Made by a program: the position numbers and the translations under genes
The notes under the pieces: model-generated
What the model saw: the letters and a program-made list of their open reading frames with translations, nothing else
What the model was told of the DNA's origin: nothing
Database searches by the model: none
Origin: Stegostoma tigrinum
Taxonomy: Eukaryota
Direction of reading: 5' to 3'
Assembly (NCBI RefSeq): GCF_030684315.1
Contig: NC_081371.1
Span: 27,709,440-27,773,439, forward strand
DNA length: 64,000 nt
Shown here: piece after piece, positions 61,553-64,000 of the stretch
Position numbering within the stretch: position 1 is the stretch's first letter
Layout of the letters: each line of letters begins with the position of its first letter

Positions 61553-61781
61553 TCAAAGATAATGGGAACTGCAGATGCTGGAGAATCCAATATATCAAAG
61601 TGTGAAGCTGGATAAACACAGCAGGCCAAGCAGCATCTCAGGAGCACAAAAGCTGATGTTTCGGGCCTAGATCCTTCATCAGAGAGGGTCTGATGAAGGG
61701 TCTAGGCCCGAAACGTCAGCTTTTGTGCTCCTGAGATGCTGCATGGCCTGCTGTGTTCATCCAGCTTCACACTTTGTTCTC
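61553..61781. mobile_element. Palindromic Penelope-end insertion with 15-bp TSD
   Basis: Inverted arms of ~88 bp around a short spacer at ~61684-61688. TSD tagaatattatgtga at 61538-61552 and 61782-61796. Confidence 0.88.
61690..61717 (+). ncRNA. Minimal hammerhead-ribozyme-like core (intact copy)
   Basis: CUGAUGA-A-GGG(UCUAGG)CCC-GAAA-C-GUC read directly from the sequence. Confidence 0.6.
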
Positions 61782-63109
61782 TAGAATATTATGTGACCTG
61801 ACTGAAAAGGTTCAAGAATGAATTGTGGTCAAAGTTAGTAGCGATCATCTTGGAGGTGACACGTATTCAAGAACATTGAAGAAAAGAAGAGAATATGTGG
61901 TGGGATTTTGGGGTTTTGTAAAGGACAGTGATGATAGCAGATCTGAAGGAGACATCACTGGAGATAAGATGACCAACACAGTAAAAAAATGCAAGTTGAG
62001 GACTGGGACAGAGCATAAGCTTAAGAAAAAGGTGGCCCAATGTGCTGGAGGAAGGGAAGGAGGTAGTTGCTATTTGGATGATCACAATCTTAGTAACATA
62101 GAAGTTCACAAGTAGCCCAATGGTCTTGTTGTGTGTGAGGAGGCAGATGGGGTTTCTGAGAGATTTTCTTTTTACCCAGGTGTTACCCTTGTACTCCAGA
62201 ATTCTCTCAAAAGAATGAACAATTTTGACAACAGAGAAAAAGACATGATAATTTCCCTCAAACGCCATTTTCTCCATCTTCAACAACACCATTCTTTACC
62301 TTGTCAAGAACAAGCTTCCCAATGGTGTGGACATTGTATGCAGGATGAATGGAAAACCTTTTAACCTCCACTGGTTTAAATTCAAGAACAGAAGCATAAG
62401 TAAAGGATTAGAACAATTGTTTCAGAAAGTGTTATTAGGATACGAAATGTATTGACTTTTAAGGGAAATTAGATCAAGACAAATTTATTAGAAGTTATGA
62501 GGAAGAAAGCAGAACAATTACGTTTTACAGGACAGATGGCTACCGGTGTTATAAGTGGTAAGGTACACTCTATGGACTAAACCAGAACCAGTGCTTGTCA
62601 TTCTGACATTCTATAATGTAAAAGAGTTTGCTTCTGTTTTGTAGCACTGTCAACTAAACTCAATAATAATTCCTATATTTCAATGATACATGATTCCCCT
62701 TTGGTTAAAATCATTGTGGATAGTGGGGAAAGTAGTTAATCACTCAATTACTGCATAAACACTATACAGAATATGTTTTAATAATTAATTACACTTAATA
62801 GTAAATGTTGCTGGTATGTAAAATCATATTTCCAATGTGTGCATGGAAATGTAACAAAAAAGGGCACCCATTCGTAATTTTTCGTTTACTATTTGGAATG
62901 TTGGCGGCTGGCTTCTCCACTGTTCAGCAGGGACTGAATACACTACTCCTATATCTTGTGTTCCTGTGTTCATATCTTGGCCATGATGATGTACTTGAAA
63001 TGCCATAACATTCAAGGCTATGGGACTAGTGTATATTTAGCATAGTTTTGATAGAATGGTAGAAATTTAAGGGACTGAAGGGCCTCTTCGGTACTATATG
63101 ATTCTGTGG

Positions 63110-64000
63110 GACTTCAGTATGTGGACGCCAATGCCATCTCTGTTCCCTCAGAAGCCTTGCTTAACACTTTTGCAGAAGCATACTGAAGAATTGGTCTCAG
63201 CCTCAATCTCAAGAAGAATCCTTTACCAATCCATTCCAAGTTCTGTTCAATCCCTCCATTAAGATCATAGGACAAATCCTCTCAAATGTGGAACATTTCC
63301 CTTATCTAGGAAGCTACCTTTCGGCTAAATCTGACATCACTGCAGAGATTCAAAATCACATCCAATCTGCGACCATCAACTTTCAATGCTTAAGGATGTT
63401 GGTCTTCAACGATCATGATATGCATGCTGATACCAAGATCCTGGTGTCAGCTTCTGACTCTTTATGGCTCTGAAACTTGGACTCTGTATAGAAAATCCTG
63501 GAGAAGTTCTGAATAAGGGTCCCAACCCGAAATGTCAACTTTCCTGTTCCTCTAATGCTGCCTGACCTGCTGAGTTCCTCCAAATCCACACTGTGTTATC
63601 TCTGACTCCAGCAACTGCAGTTCTCATTATCTTCTGGAGATTTCATCAATGCTGTTTGAGATAGATCCTCCACATCAGCTGGAAAGACAAGCGTGCTAAC
63701 ATCAGCATCCTTGAAGCAGCCAGTAGCATCATGATCCAGGTCATGATCATCCAAAAACATCTCCCGCTGGGACAGGCCACATCCTTAGAATGTCTGGGTT
63801 CTGATTACCAAAGCAAATCTTCTTTGCCCAGCTCAAGGAAGGCAGTCAAATCAAAGGACAATGAAGGAAGCTTTTCAAAGACTCCCTGAGGCTTCCCTCA
63901 AGTAATGCAACATGGATGTCAATGCATTGGAGACCCTGGTTCAGAAGAAACAGACTTAGAGGAAACTCCTGTATGAAGAGACATGATTTCTTTGAGAACA
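63110..64000 (+). mobile_element. RTE-clade LINE (BovB-like) RT C-terminal fragment with a nested Penelope-end (~63505-63630)
   Basis: Encodes VEHFPYLGSYLS..DITAEIQNHIQSA...TKILV..LYGSETWT...RFHQCCLR.ILHISWKD...LPKQIFFAQL, typical of RTE ORF C-termini. The nested insert is flanked by ctggaga. Confidence 0.8.

Noticed and set aside
43517-61781. Recurrent ~120-bp units as a CRISPR-like array or miRNA cluster
   Set aside because: The copies are dispersed, each has its own TSD, and the unit is contiguous with a GIY-YIG ORF at 37571. There is no regular repeat-spacer periodicity.
41000-64000. MICAL3 or other host exons expected upstream of BID from mammalian synteny
   Set aside because: I found no recognisable exon. 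Translatable segments are CR1, L2-like, RTE or Penelope remnants, although small exons could have been missed by eye.

Overview
This is vertebrate genomic DNA, most likely from a shark (elasmobranch), judging by the HE1/V-SINE-like tRNA SINEs, abundant CR1 LINEs and Penelope-like elements. It is not a prokaryotic window, and most ORFs in the supplied track are spurious or transposon debris. It holds the conserved ATP6V1E1-BCL2L13-BID block. (1) The first coding exon of ATP6V1E1 lies on the minus strand (MALSDADVQKQ). (2) A complete BCL2L13/Bcl-rambo lies on the plus strand, head-to-head with ATP6V1E1 across a CpG-rich promoter (6 coding exons, 470 aa by my assembly). (3) A complete BID lies on the minus strand, tail-to-tail with BCL2L13 (4 coding exons, 196 aa by my assembly). 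From about 41 kb to 64 kb the sequence is almost entirely nested retroelements. The most notable observations are: a family of short Penelope-end insertions with target-site duplications (TSDs) that carry minimal hammerhead-ribozyme cores, often as back-to-back palindromes; one such palindrome whose centre was replaced by a 114-bp templated copy of nearby DNA; and a shark BID that keeps a BH2-type GGW motif followed by the same phase-0 intron as its neighbour BCL2L13. Exon coordinates were read base by base; repeat boundaries are approximate.
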